From Chrysomallon squamiferum (Eukaryota > Animalia > Mollusca), in NCBI GenBank assembly GCA_012295275.1, contig CM022676.1, positions 11,346,001-11,410,000 on the forward strand: a stretch of 64,000 nucleotides of DNA, written 5' to 3'. The notes beneath the pieces were generated by a model. That model ran no database searches. It saw only the letters and a program-made list of their open reading frames with translations, and had not been told where the DNA came from. The number at the start of each line of letters is the position of its first letter. Within the stretch, counting starts at the first letter, position 1. Position numbers and translations under genes: made by a program. Shown here piece after piece: positions 34,550 through 53,948 of this stretch.

Positions 34550-35256
34550 ATTGTTATTGATGTAACTGTTATTGTTGTTATTGATGTAACTGTTATTGTT
34601 GTTGTTGATGTAACTGTTATTGTTGTTATTGATGTAACTGTTATTGTTGTTGTTGATGTAACTGTTGTTGTTGTTGTTGTGGAAGGAAAAGTCACTGATA
34701 TACACTGAACACTGACTGTTGTTGTTGTTGTTGATGTAACTGTTCTTGTTCTTGTTGTTGTGGAAGGAAAAGTCAGTGATACACACTGAACACTGACTGT
34801 TGTTGTTGTTGTGGAAGGAAAAGTCAGTGATACACACTGAACACTAACTGTTGTTGTTGTTGTTGATGTAACTGTTGTTGTTCTTGTTGTTGTGGAAGGA
34901 AAAGTCAGTGATACACACTGAACACTAACTGTTGTTGTTGTTGTTGATGTAACTGTTGTTGTTGTTGTTGTGGAAGGAAAAGTCAGTGATACACACTGAA
35001 CACTGACTGTTGTTGTTGTTGTTGATGTAACTGTTGTTGTTGTTGTTGTTGTGGAAGGAAAAGTCAGTGATACACACTGAACACTAACTGTTGTTGTTGT
35101 TGTTGTGGAAGGAAAAGTCAGTGATATACACTGAACACTAACTGTTGTTGTTGTTGTTGTTGTGGAAGGAAAAGTCAGTGATGTACACTGGAACACTAAC
35201 TGTTGTTGTTGTTGTTGTTGTGGAAGGAAAAGTCAGTGATACACACTGAACACTAA
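34550..35256. repeat. Paralogue of the compound minisatellite (9 cores)
   Basis: Directly visible. Confidence 0.92.
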
Positions 35257-35555
35257 CGCAGGTGTGACCAGTACGAGAATCTCGTCTTTGTTTAACACAA
35301 AACTCGGTTATCTGTGAAACTGTGTTTTCTTCACGTATGTTAACTAGAGATATTTTATTAACGTACTAACTTTTATAAGAACGTAATCTTTATATTATCT
35401 AGTTTCTATGTATAAAATACATAAAATAACGAAAATACTAATAAATATGTATTACTAATTGTAATCCGTGAAGAAACCTGGTTCAACTGACGATGTAAGC
35501 AAATAAATAAAGTTCTGTTCGATCATGCGTGGTACTCTTTGACAGGAAACACTCG

Positions 35556-36011
35556 AACACGAACTTTTAACAGCAGTTTTTAAATTGTAAAGTCAGTCAG
35601 TTAGTTGTAAGATATGACACTCCACTGTGACAGTCTAACACTGCTTAACACAAACTTTTAACAGCAGTTTTTAAACTGTAAAGTCAGTCAGTTAGTTGTA
35701 AGATATGGCACTCCACTGTGATAGTCTAACACTGCTTAACACGAACTTTTAACAGCAGTTTTTAAATTGTAAAGTCAGTCAGTTAGTTGTAAGATATGGC
35801 ACTCCACTGTGATAGTCTAACACTGCTTAACACGAACTTTTAACAGCAGTTTTTAAATTGTAAAGTCAGTCAGTTAGTTGTAAGATATGGCACTCCACTG
35901 TGATAGTCTAACACTGCTTAACACGAACTTTTAACAGCAGTTTTTAAATTGTAAAGTCAGTCAGTTAGTTGTAAGATATGGGCACTCCACTGTGATAGTC
36001 TAACACTGCTT
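35556..36011. repeat. 91-bp satellite, 5 copies
   Basis: Same unit and flanks; unit-specific variants GGCACTCC and GTGATAG. Confidence 0.95.
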
Positions 36012-36902
36012 TGAAAACTGTTCTTTCCATGGATTCGCTTTTTTCTTCGATTTCGCGGTTTTCGCAGGAATCTTTTAACTTCTGGATCAGATTAAAAGTT
36101 CAACTTGTTCTTTTGGGAAGCGAAAACCCGCCGCATGCAGACGACAGCGCTTCCGTTTGATGAACATAAACATAAACATAAACAAAAATATAAATATAAA
36201 CGTAAACGTAAACGTAAACATAAACAAAAATATAAACATAAACATAAACATAAACATAAATATAAACATAAACATAAACATAAACATAAACGTAAACATG
36301 AACATAAACGTAAACGTAAACATAAACATAAACGTAAACATAAACATAAACATAAACATAAACATAAATACATTTTAACAAAATAACTTGATTCTCCCGT
36401 GACCGATTCCGTCTTTAATTATTTTCACTCAGATTTCAACAAAATCGTAAATAATTTAGTTCATTTTATTTCATTTTATATCATAAGACAATATATTCCG
36501 TATATAAATAAATAATTCAAACTGTACTCCTGTTCATTTAATAGTCTGGAAATATCTTTGTGGTAATAGTATTATATTTAACAATAGTCACAGTGGTGGT
36601 AGTATTATTATTACTAGATATGGTGTTGTTCTGATGTCTGTAATAAAAGCTGTGTTCATACTAGTAGCGCTAGTCGTTCTTGTGCATAACTAAACTAATA
36701 CCAACAACGTGACGTCATTTCTATAAAGCATTTGTAGTTTTAAGAATTATAACATCATTTCCATTAATATTCTAGTTTTAAGAACCATGACGTTTTTTAT
36801 ATGAATAGTACTAATATTTAAATACTATGTTATTTCTGTGAATATTACTAGAGAGGAGATAATATGACGTCATTTCTGTAAGCAGCGCTTTGTGACGTCA
36901 TT

Positions 36903-38767
<1,865 letters not shown>

Positions 38768-38845
38768 CGTACACTGACAGTTAAAAACAGCTGAAATGAA
38801 AGTTTATTTCTCTGTTACCAATACATGGTCTGTGAAAGCAGAGAA

Positions 38846-38964
38846 AATTAAACTAGTATTTGTCACTTTACAATACTTCGTACACTGCACATTAACAATA
38901 GTTTAAATTAAACTAGTATTTGTCACTTTACAATACTTCGTACACTGCACATTAAGAATAGTTA
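38846..38964. repeat. 60-bp direct tandem duplication upstream of copy E
   Basis: AAATTAAACTAGTATTTGTCACTTTACAATACTTCGTACACTGCACATTAA occurs twice, 60 bp apart. Confidence 0.9.
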
Positions 38965-39861
38965 AATCAAAGTAATATTTTTCAGTTACCAATTCATCGT
39001 CTACTGACAAATTAAAACAACTGAATTTAAAGTAGTAAATGTCGTCATCGAGGAATGTGGTTTCAAATAATAAGCAGTGATGTTGTACACACAGATAAAT
39101 ACAAACACAGAATTATAAATTGTTATCCTCGTAGAATATGGATCTAAAAGATAACGAAATAATAAAAGTAGTAATTCTGAGATTCTTGTATCACTCCGAT
39201 AGAATGAAGTCGAGCAGGACCTTTTTAAAGTGATGCATACCAGACAACAAGCACTGAAGGTTGTCAATAGTAACAGGTTAGATCAGTTTCAAACAAACAC
39301 CTTCTCGAGCTTCACGTGCCAAGTTGCTTCAAAACCACAGTTGCCTGTCTGAATGTCTGTCACTAAAACGTGACCAGATATTCAGAGATAATTGATTTAC
39401 ATCCTGCGTGTGCAGTAATCAATGTGTTGCTCGTATGATTTCATCAGAAAATAAATAATTAGAATATTCCACAGAACAATGTACTCACAAATCCTCAACA
39501 GAGTGGAAAACATACTTCATATCGAATCATTTGTTTCCCTACTGAATTAATTATTTTATTTTATTTTAATTTTATTTTTATTTTTATTTTATTTTATTTT
39601 ATTACATTTTATTTTATTTTTATTTTTATTTTATTTTATTTTATTACATTTTATTGTATTTTACTTCATGTGTTTATTTAATAAAAATTGCAAATATGGA
39701 TAAGTCAGACCAATATGTCTTTGTTGGAAATATTATTTCATTCATCTGATTACTTTCTTTATTCGTCATTTTCCTCCCTCTTTCTGACATGTGCTCCACG
39801 AAACGTTTGCAGAGTTGAAGATTATTATTTTTCTATTAGTAATAAGTCACCTGTAAAACAG

Positions 39862-40212
39862 TTAGTCTGTAGACTACTGAAAAAAGGTTCAGTGTGTAGA
39901 CTATTGGGAAAAGGTTCAGTGTGTAGACTACTGAGAAAAGGTTCAGTGTGTAGACTACTGAGAAAAGGTTCAGTGTGTAGACTACTGAGAAAAAGGTTCA
40001 GTGTGTAGAAAAGGGTTAGAGTGTAGACTACTGAGAAAAGGCTCAGTGTGTAGACTACTGAGAAAAGGTTAGTGTGTAGACTACTGAGAAAAGGTTAGTA
40101 TGTAGACTACTGAGAAAAGGTTTAGTGTGTAGACCACTGAGAAAAGGTTAGTTTGTAGACTACTGAGAAAAGGTTTAGTGTGTAGACTACTGAGAAAAAG
40201 GTTAGTGTGTAG
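39862..40212. repeat. 26-27-bp minisatellite (AGTGTGTAGACTACTGAGAAAAGGTTC), about 13 copies
   Basis: Directly visible; explains the GSVCRLLRK repeat in ORF 39688-40008. Confidence 0.93.
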
Positions 40213-40234
40213 TCCAAAGAGAGACGTTTGTGTC

Positions 40235-40378
40235 TCAGGAACAGACTTGTGTCTGTTTGTTCAACTGAAGTGTTATAGTTTTCGTATTTTTAAAGAATAT
40301 TTGTAGTGTCGATAAAGGTGAGAAATGAATACTTTTGAAAATCAGAACCAACGGCAGGCACACAAAACAAAACAAAAG
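40235..40378 (-). pseudogene. Possible decayed exon-1 (signal peptide + PAN) relic
   Basis: Minus frame reads LLFCFVCLPLVLIFKSIHFSPLSTLQIFFKNTKTITLQLNKQTQVCS*, which aligns without gaps to LSTLYKDFKPVNITTVNLN. It lies at about the same distance from the GTGACGTCA element as exon 1 of F. Confidence 0.35.
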
Positions 40379-41700
40379 AATCAAATGTTTGTCAGAACAG
40401 TATTACACAGTTTATAGGATATTTCTCCAGTTCACTTACTTCAAACTCTGACGTCACTGGACACATATTTCATACATCCTCACAATAACAGCACTGTAAT
40501 TTCAGTACCCACGTGATGGTTGCCCTTCCACTTTTCTCTTTTGAAAAGAACAGTGTTGTTTTTGTTACATTCTACCTGCATGCACTCACCTCTGTTTTGT
40601 CACTGGTGTTTATCGATACTTCTCGTACAGTCATATTTTTTAAACCTTTTTTTTCTGTCGTTATATTTTGTGATGTTTACTCCTTCTTTGTTCAGAATTC
40701 TTGTAAATTTTGTCTTCTCATTACTAGGACTTCTTTACTGATTTACATTCATGTCTATGTAAAAACGTTAATTGTCATCGTGTTTTCAATATATGTATTA
40801 TATGTTTTCTCATAGGTAACTAATGTGTATGTGTTTAATGTCTGTTTGTATTGTACACACCTAGACCACAAGTAAACTATTTAACAAAACACTCACTGTC
40901 TTCTTTATAATAATATCTTAGCTGCACTCTGTAAAATTTTGTGTTTTAATGTTTCTTTCAGTGTTTTGTTGTTCGGTGTAAAGAAATGTTTTTTTGAACA
41001 GTGAAACAAAACAATACAGTTTATCAGTTTGTAAAAATCAGTTATTGATTAGCTAAACTAAACAAACTACACAATGAAATAAAGATTAAAATTCTAACTG
41101 TTTTGTTTTCTCCACTCGTCATGCCATACAGACAAAAACAACAGACGTTCAGACGAACAGTGAAATATTGACGAATGAATATACAAACTGCTGCAGATAT
41201 TAGTTTTATATTTATTGTTTTGTTTGTTTTGTTTATCGTTATTATTCTTTATTCAGTTATTTTAGTTTACATTTTCAAAATTATCACATTAAATCGTTTT
41301 GTGTTAAGCAGCTTTGGAGAGTGTTAAATAAGATATTTATTTCTATAATTTATCACCGTCATCATTTTTCTTACACTTACTGATACTGATAATGTTATTG
41401 ATATAAGTACAAGTCTTATTGTTGTTATATTTGTAGAAGGAAAAGAAATGATTGATACACGATGAAACTCTAACAGCGAAGATACACACAGAGAAACCAA
41501 TATAATAATCTTGTCTTTGTTTAACGCAAAACCCGATTATCTATGAAACTGTGTTTGATTAGATAGCTTTATTTTACTACATTAACTATAGATATTTTAT
41601 TAACTCACTAATTTTTTATATTTATATAACCTTGATATCATCTAGTTTCAAAGCAGTATTAGTTTGTCACTCTAAAGTGCTGATATCTTTATCCAACTTC

Positions 41701-44700
41701 TCTCTGTGTCAGTATTTCATCACACGTGTGTTTATCTCTGTGTCAGTATTTCATCACACGTGTGTTTCTGTGTGTGTCAGTATTTCATCACACGTGTGTT
41801 TCTGTCTGTGTCAGTATTTCATCACACGTGTGTTTCTGTCTGTGTCAGTATTTCATCACACGTGTGTTTCTGTGTATGTCAGTATTTCATCACACGTGTG
41901 TTTCTGTGTGTGTCAGTATTTCATCACACGTGTGCTTATCTCTGTGTCAGTATTTCATCACACGTGTGTTTCTGTCTGTGTCAGTATTTCATCACACGTG
42001 TGTTTCTGTGTGTGTCAGTATTTCATCACACATGTGTTTCTGTGTGTGTCAGTATTTCATCACACGTGCGTTTATCTCTGTGTCAGTATTTCATCACACG
42101 TGTGTTTCTGTGTGTGTCAGTATTTCATCACACATGTGTTTCTGTGTGTGTCAGTATTTCATCGCACATGTGTTTCTGTCTGTGTCAGTATTTCATCACA
42201 CGAGTGTGTTTATCTCTGTGTCAGTATTTCATCACACGTGTGTTTATCTCTGTGTCAGTATTTCATCACACGTGTGTTTATCTCTGTGTCAGTATTTCAT
42301 CACACGTGTGTTTATCTCTGTGTCAGTATTTCATCTCACGTATGTTTCTGTCTGTGTCAGTATTTCATCTCACGTATGTTTCTGTCTGTGTCAGTATTTC
42401 ATCACACGTGTGTTTCTGTGTGTGTCAGTATTTCATCACACGTGTGTTTCTGTGTGTGTCAGTATTTCATCACGTGTGTTTTTCTCTCTGTGTCAGTATT
42501 TCATCACACGTGTGTTTATCTCTGTGTCAGTATTTCATCACACGTGTGTTTCTGTGTGTGTCAGTATTTCATCACACGTGTGTTTATCTCTGTGTCAGTA
42601 TTTCATCACACGTGTGTTTCTGTGTGTGTCAGTATTTCATCACACGTGTGTTTCTGTCTGTGTCAGTATTTCATCACACGTGTGTTTCTGTGTGTGTCAG
42701 TATTTCATCACACGTGTGTTTCTGTCTGTGTCAGTATTTCATCACACGTATGTGTTTATCTCTGTGTCAGTATTTCATCTCACGTCTGTTTCTGTGTGTG
42801 TCAGTATTTCATCACACATGTGTTTCTGTGTGTGTCAGTATTTCATCACACGTGTGTTTCTGTGTGTGTCAGTATTTCATCACACGTGTGTTTATCTCTG
42901 TGTCAGTATTTCATCACACGTGTGTTTCTGTGTGTGTCAGTATTTCATCACACGTGTGTTTATCTCTGTGTCAGTATTTCATCACACGTGTGTTTATCTC
43001 TGTGTCAGTATTTAATCACACGTGTGTTTCTGTGTGTGTCAGTATTTCATCACACGTGTGTTTCTGTGTGTGTCAGTATTTCATCACACGTGTGTTTCTG
43101 TGTGTGTCAGTATTTCATCACACGTGTGTTTGTGTGTGTGTCAGTATTTCATCACACGTGTGTTTCTGTGTGTGTCAGTATTTCATCACACGTGTGTTTC
43201 TGTGTGTGTCAGTATTTCATCACACGTGTGTTTCTCTGTGTGTCAGTATTTCATCACACGTGTGTTTCTGTGTGTGTCAGTATTTCATCACACATGTGTT
43301 TCTGTGTGTGTCAGTATTTCATCACACATGTGTTTCTGTCTGTGTCAGTATTTCATCACACGTGTGTGTTTATCTCTGTGTCAGTATTTCATCACATGTG
43401 TGTTTATCTCTGTGTCAGTATTTCATCACACGTGTGTTTCTGTGTGTGTCAGTATTTCATCACACGTGTGTTTCTGTCTGTGTCAGTATTTCATCACACG
43501 TGTGTTTATCTCTGTGTCAGTATTTCATCACACGTGTGTTTCTGTGTGTGTCAGTATTTCATCACACGTGTGTTTCTGTGTGTGTCAGTATTTCATCACA
43601 CGTGTGTTTATCTCTGTGTCAGTATTTCATCACACGTGTGTTTATCTCTGTGTCAGTATTTCATCACACGTGTGTTTATCTCTGTGTCAGTATTTCATCA
43701 CACGTGTGTTTCTGTGTGTGTCAGTATTTCATCACACGTGTGTTTGTGTGTGTGTCAGTATTTCATCACACGTGTGTTTCTGTGTGTGTCAGTATTTCAT
43801 CACACGTGTGTTTCTGTGTGTGTCAGTATTTCATCACACGTGTGTTTATCTCTGTGGCAGTATTTCATCACACGTGTGTTTCTGTGTGTGTCAGTATTTC
43901 ATCACACGTGTGTTTCTGTGTGTGTCAGTATTTCATCACACGTGTGTTTCTGTGTGTGTCAGTATTTCATCACACGTGTGTTTCTGTGTGTGTCAGTATT
44001 TCATCACACGTATGTGTCTGTCTGTGTCAGTATTTCATCACACGTGTGTTTCTGTGTGTGTCAGTATTTCATCACACGTGTGTTTCTGTGTGTGTCAGTA
44101 TTTCATCACACGTGTGTTTATCTCTGTGTCAGTATTTCATCACACGTGTGTTTCTGTGTGTGTCAGTATTTCATCACACGTGTGTTTATCTCTGTGTCAG
44201 TATTTCATCACACGTGTGTTTATCTCTGTGTCAGTATTTCATCACACGTGTGTTTATCTCTGTGTCAGTATTTCATCACACGTGTGTTTATCTCTGTGTC
44301 AGTATTTAATCACACGTGTGTTTCTGTGTGTGTCAGTATTTCATCACACGTGTGTTTATCTCTGTGTCAGTATTTCATCACACATGTGTTTCTGTGTGTG
44401 TCAGTATTTCATCACACGTGTGTTTGTGTGTGTGTCAGTATTTCATCACACGTGTGTTTCTGTGTGTGTCAGTATTTCATCACACGTGTGTTTCTGTGTG
44501 TGTCAGTATTTCATCACACGTATGTTTCTGTCTGTGTCAGTATTTCATCACACGTGTGTTTCTGTGTGTGTCAGTATTTCATCACACGTGTGTTTCTGTG
44601 TGTGTCAGTATTTCATCACACGTGTGTTTCTGTCTGTGTCAGTATTTCATCACACGTGTGTTTATCTCTGTGTCAGTATTTCATCACACGTGTGTTTCTG

Positions 44701-45157
44701 TCTGTGTCAGTATTTCATCACACGTGTGTTTCTGTGTGTGTCAGTATTTCATCACACGTGTGTTTCTGTCTGTGTCAGTATTTCATCACACGTGTGTTTA
44801 TCTCTGTGTCAGTATTTCATCACACGTGTTTGTCTGTGTGTGTCAGTATTTCATCACACGTGTGTTTATCTCTGTGTCAGTATTTCATCACACGTGTGTT
44901 TATCTCTGTGTCAGTATTTCATCACACGTGTGTTTATCTCTGTGTCAGTATTTCATCACACGTGTGTGTCTGTGTGTGTCAGTATTTCATCACACGTGTG
45001 TGTCTGTGTGTGTCAGTATTTCATCACACGTGTGTGTCTGTGTCTGTCAGTATTTCATCACACGTGTGTTTATCTCTGTGTCAGTATTTCATCACACGTG
45101 TGTTTCTGTCTGTGTCAGTATTTCATCACACGTGTGTTTCTGTGTGTGTCAGTATTT
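41701..45157. repeat. 34-bp minisatellite (TCAGTATTTCATCACACGTGTGTTTCTGTGTGTG and the ...TTTATCTCTGTG variant), about 100 copies, most containing the palindrome CACACGTGTG
   Basis: Period 34 (41709, 41743); directly visible. Confidence 0.97.
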
Positions 45158-45991
45158 ATCATATACCAGGTAATAACAGTTATATCAGTAACAATATCAG
45201 CATCAGTAAGTCTAAGAAAAAGATTATAAGAATAATTATCCCATTTAACACTCTTGAATGCTGCTTAAAACAAAACGACTTAATGTGCCAATTTTCAAAC
45301 GGTGAGATTATTTTAAAATAAGTAAAGTAAAATAAGTGAATATAGAATAATAACAATTAAAAATGTAAAGAAAACAGTAAATAAATAATCAAATTCGTAA
45401 CAAATGAAACTTAACAGCAAAACGCAAAATATTACAGAGAGCAGTAAAGACATTATTAAAAACAAGACAGTGAGTGTTTTGTTACATAGTTTACTTGTAG
45501 TGTAGAACATACAATACAAGCAGATATTAAACACATACACGTTAGTTACATATACGATAACATATAATACAGATATTGAAAATACGATGACAATTAACGT
45601 TTTTACATAAACATGAAAGTAAATCAGTGTACAAGTCCTACAAATAAGAAAGACAAAATTTACAAGAATTCTCGTTAAAAAAAAAAAGGAGTAAACGTCA
45701 TAAAAAATGACCACACAGGAAAAAAAATTGTTTTAAAAATATTATTGAAAGAGAAATATCGACAAAACTTCAGAGAGTGAAATAAATATTTTATTGTACT
45801 GACAAAACAGCTGATTGGTTGCATGTAGAACATAACCAAAACTGACGTCCTACAAATAACCTTTCATTTTTGAAAACAGAACTTCGAAGTACAACTAGAA
45901 AACTGATACTGAAATTACACCGCAGTATTATTTTGAGGATTTATAAACTAAGTATCGAGTGACGTCAGTGTTAGGAATAGCGAGGTTAAAT

Positions 45992-48981
<2,990 letters not shown>

Positions 48982-50857
48982 AAATGACGTATATTTCAAA
49001 GTTACGTCACGAAATACAGCGTTGTCTAATTTATTAGTTGTAAACATTACTAATGACTAAAGACATTTTATCAGAAAGCGTGTTATCAAAAGAAATGTAT
49101 CAAAGAAAATAAATAAATATCAATTGCATATTGTGTTCGTTTGGTGTTGTTTTGGTGTTGTTTTTTGTTGTTGTTGTTGTTGTTGTTGTTTTGTTTCTTG
49201 TTTTATTTTTTTGTATGTTTTTTCGTTTTGTTTTCATTGACCGTAAGATACAAAGTAAGTTTAGGTTTTCAGTCGTATATCTGGGTTTATTTATTTAGCT
49301 TTTGAAACACTTAGTCCAAATATTGAGAGATTATCTTAATTACGCAGTCCTGTTTCCTAGACTTAGTGTGTCAGTGACTCTGTGAAACGAAGAAGAGTCT
49401 GTACAAGACAGTGTGAGCCTGTGAAACTTCCACAGAACGAAGAATGAAGACTGGATTCATTACATGGATCACAATACATGGATCACGTATAATTTAGGAA
49501 GTATTCGTTCATTTGACTTACAATCCAAATACTAGATATTTGATGCAGGAGTCACGTGATTCGAAACACCCAGTAATGTTCGCGTCAGATATTTGATAAC
49601 AGATATGGAATCTCCATGGTTCGATTATTGACTGGTTTCCTCTCTAGGGTGTGGACTGAGAGTTGCCTGACAGAAAACCGCAGCTGCGTGTGTTAGTACG
49701 TCTGACTGAACACCAACTGTATTATTAACAACGAAAGAGACAATTCACGAAGGACTAACATATGTATTATTTATTTTCAACTCTTCTTTTCATCTCTCAA
49801 TTTTACTGTGTTTTTGAAAATATTCTATTTTTGACATGTATCGACATTTCTTCTGTTTTTTCAAAACGAAAACAAAAAAAGAAAGAAAGAAAGAAGAAAT
49901 AAATTCACTACAAACGAATGTGTATGTGGAGCTGCTCACTGCAATAAAACAAACAAACAAACAAACAAAATTCTCTTCTTCTGCATACCAGTCGCAAACT
50001 GATATCTTTGTAGAAACTCGAGTTGTTCACGAAAATAGTTTTCCAATCTGAATAACACACACACACACATACACACGTGTACACATATTTAAATACATAC
50101 ATACATACTTATATACATATACATATATACACATGCACACGTACACACAGACCTTTAGATATATAGAAACATTGATCAGACTTGATATCAGATCAATATT
50201 TTTATTTTCCATGTTTTCTAAGATTCTGTCTTTAATTAAAGAGAACAGAAAACAATCACAACACTATTATATTATATTATTTTATATTATATTATATTAT
50301 ATTATATTATATTATATTATATTATATTATATTATATTATATTATATTATATTATATTCAACAGAATGTGTAATGAGACAATCGCATATTGTAATTTATT
50401 ATTACTCAAAAAGAATGAAGATGTAACAACTCAAACAACAACATCGTTTATTGTTGTAGTCGTCATCGTCGTTAGTGGTTGATAGTCCAAGTCGAGAAAA
50501 CTGCATTTAATAGCACAACATCGTCATTCTGTGCCGCTATCAAAGGGCGACAACTTAAATAAATTAATCCAGAAAGAATAATTTTAAGACCATCGTATCA
50601 AAATAATTCCAAGAGACAAACATTCAACAAAATTTCCTTATAAAATAATATTTCAATAAAATGTATTCATATGTGATATAATCTCTATTTCGCATAATTT
50701 AATATATTTTATATGTACAGTTTTGCGACTGGTAAAAGAATTAAATTATATTTCATTATAATTAAGTTTAATTTTTGAAATATAATACAATAAACATTTT
50801 TGTTTTCGTTTTAAACATTTAAAATTCTAGTTATAAAAGATTCTGACTATATTAATA

Positions 50858-50968
<111 letters not shown>

Positions 50969-52248
50969 ATTAGTTATATATCAATGTCATCGATCTCACG
51001 TTTCTGTTATTCGCATTGAACTCATTTACTAAGACAACCAAGACTTGAAATGAGCCAGTGACTAATCAATTTATCAAATAATCACAATATATGAATTGCG
51101 TATTTCATTTTAACGATCACCAGTATCTTCAAGGTTTCCTATTATGTTAAATACCAATTTTTCGGTTTTGCCTTCTGTGATCCACTTTCCACCTGTTTGC
51201 CAAGAAAACCAAGCATGAGATAAGCCACGTGTTAATCAATTTGTCTGACAAAGAATTGTCGTCTGCAGGATGAGTGGTCTCAGTGAAGAAACAAAAACAT
51301 TTTATATCAATTTTCATTCGAATTCGAATTCAGTCTAAAAATATTGGATAGCGTTATTCTGAGTTAGCGAGATATTTTATGTTTCCTTAGTAGTCTAATT
51401 ATAACTTATAAAAATAATAATAAATAAATAAATGAATAAAATAAAATGAAATAAAATAAAATGAAACAATTAAATGAGGAAACAGATATTCGATAAGAAA
51501 TCTATTTCCCTGTTGACAAAATGTTCGATTTGTGATGAAAGCTGAGTTCAGTGCTGTGTGGAACATTCTAATTATTTGTTTTGTGAAGAGATCACACGAA
51601 CCACACATTGATTACTGCACAAACACACAATGTAAATCAATCACATCTGAACGTCCGATCACAGTTTTTTGGCAGACATTCAGACAGACATTCAGACAGA
51701 CAACAGTGGTTTTAATAGAACTGAAGAAGCTCCGTACCGGAAACTGAAAAAGTGTTTGTTTAAAACTGATCTAAACTATTAATCTACCAACTTTCAGTGC
51801 TCGTTGTATCCACAACTTTAAAACTGTCCGCCTCGAATTCATTCGATAGGACTGATGCAAGAATTTCTGAATTACTATTTTTGTTATTTTGTTATCTTTT
51901 AGATCCGAATTCTACGAGGATACCGATTTAAAGTGTTTGTCTGTGTGTACAACATCACTGGTTATTATTTCAAACCACCTTCCTCGATGACTACGTTTTA
52001 TTTTTATCAAACAGGATAATTGTTATTAATTTTCAATGTATGATATACTACTTTCGTTTCAACAGTATTGAATTATCAGTCTAGGATTTATTTGACTTCA
52101 TTATGAAAACAAGCTACCTTCTCATGTTTATATTTGTACTGATACTATAGTGTAACAGAAGTAACAGAAGTACTAGTAGTAGGTGTAACAGTGTCATAGT
52201 AGTCGAATTACTACTTTCATTTCAACTGTTTTTAATTTTCAGTGCACG

Positions 52249-52732
52249 ATGTTTCAACTGTTCAGGTGTTGTCGCGTAAAGAACACAAATGTTTATTCTA
52301 TAATTGTTTTACTTAGTATGATGACGTCGTGTACCACGCAGACAACATGTGGAGATAAATATTTCAGACTGTCAAGTCTCTACAAAGACTTCAAACCAGC
52401 TGAAGTTGCAACAGTTAATTTAAACATCGTCAGCAGACTGGAGTGTGCAATGTCGTGCTACAACAAAGTCAACTGTACAGGTTTCGTCTTCAGCTACGAC
52501 GACGGCTACTGTTCCTTGTCGAATACAAAGTTTAATTCACTCAGTTTTAACAAACAGATCGGTGTACAAACATACGGTAAGTGTTCAATTAATGATTTTT
52601 TTTTTAATCATATTAACTCTTATCATTTGTTATTATTATTATTGTTATTATTGTTATTATTATCATTATCATCTTCGTTATTATTATTATTACTGCTGTT
52701 GTTGTTGTTTCGGTTTTTCTTCTTATTATTAC

Positions 52733-52769
<37 letters not shown>

Positions 52770-52880
52770 GCTGTTGTGTTAATGATTTTTTTTATTTGTA
52801 TATTTATTTCTCATGGTATTTTTTATTTTAAATAGAAGTTGTTACTGATAACCGAAGAGACTGTTATGACGTCATGATGA
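52249..52880 (+). CDS. Copy G (type 1), partial: exon 1 52249-52576 and start of exon 2 52836-52880; truncated by the gap
   Basis: MFQLFRCCRVKNTNVYSIIVLL...CAMSC...; donor G|GTAAGT; acceptor AATAG|AAGTTGTT giving EVVTDNRRDCYDVMM. Confidence 0.85.
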
Positions 52881-53080
52881 NNNNNNNNNNNNNNNNNNNN
52901 NNNNNNNNNNNNNNNNNNNNNNNNNNNNNNNNNNNNNNNNNNNNNNNNNNNNNNNNNNNNNNNNNNNNNNNNNNNNNNNNNNNNNNNNNNNNNNNNNNNN
53001 NNNNNNNNNNNNNNNNNNNNNNNNNNNNNNNNNNNNNNNNNNNNNNNNNNNNNNNNNNNNNNNNNNNNNNNNNNNNNNNN
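52881..53080. other. Assembly gap (200 N)
   Basis: Run of exactly 200 N. Confidence 1.
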
Positions 53081-53865
53081 ACTGATAAACTGCATTGTGA
53101 TGTAATACTGTTCATATAAACATTTCTCTACACTGAATAAGAAAACACTGAGACAATGAGTAAAACAACATACTACAGAGTGCAGTGAAAATATTAGTAA
53201 AAACGAGACAGTGAGTATTAAGTATTTTACTTTTGAATTACAAAACATTAAAAACAAGCAGGTTTTAAATGCTCGTTAGTTACGTGTGAGAGATTTACAG
53301 GTAGTGACAACACGTGACAATTAATGTGTCTACGCAGACGGGGAAGGAAGTCACTGAAGACGTAATCAGAAAGAATTCTCTATGAAGAAGGAGTAAAAGA
53401 CAGCAAAAAACACAAGCAGGATTTGAAATGAACTAGTGATTAATCAGTTTGTCAAATAAACAAAACTCTCACGAAAAACTAAAGATATCAATTCCGTATT
53501 GCATTTTGACGATCTCCAATATTTTAAGGAATCATATTCCAGGTTTGGTATAATCTTATATACGAGCTGAATGTTTACTTACTGGCTATAATTATAGCCT
53601 AAAACAAACAAATAAAATAAAATAAAATAAAATAAATTAAATTAAATTAAATTAAATTAAATTAAATTAAATTAAATTAAATTAAATTAAATTAAATTAA
53701 AATAAAATAAAGCAATTAAATAAGGAAAAAGATATTCGATATGAAATCTATTCTCCAATCTACAGTGTTGACAAAATGTTCGATTTGTGATGAAAGCTGA
53801 GTTCAGTGCTGTGTGGAACATTCTAATTATTTGTTTTGTGAAGAGATCACACGAACCAGATTGAT

Positions 53866-53948
<83 letters not shown>

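Noticed and set aside
41632-45321. Very long Cys/Val/His-rich ORFs (1229, 867, 735 aa)
   Set aside because: All three plus frames are open only because the 34-bp unit lacks stop codons; the same peptide cycles through the frames.
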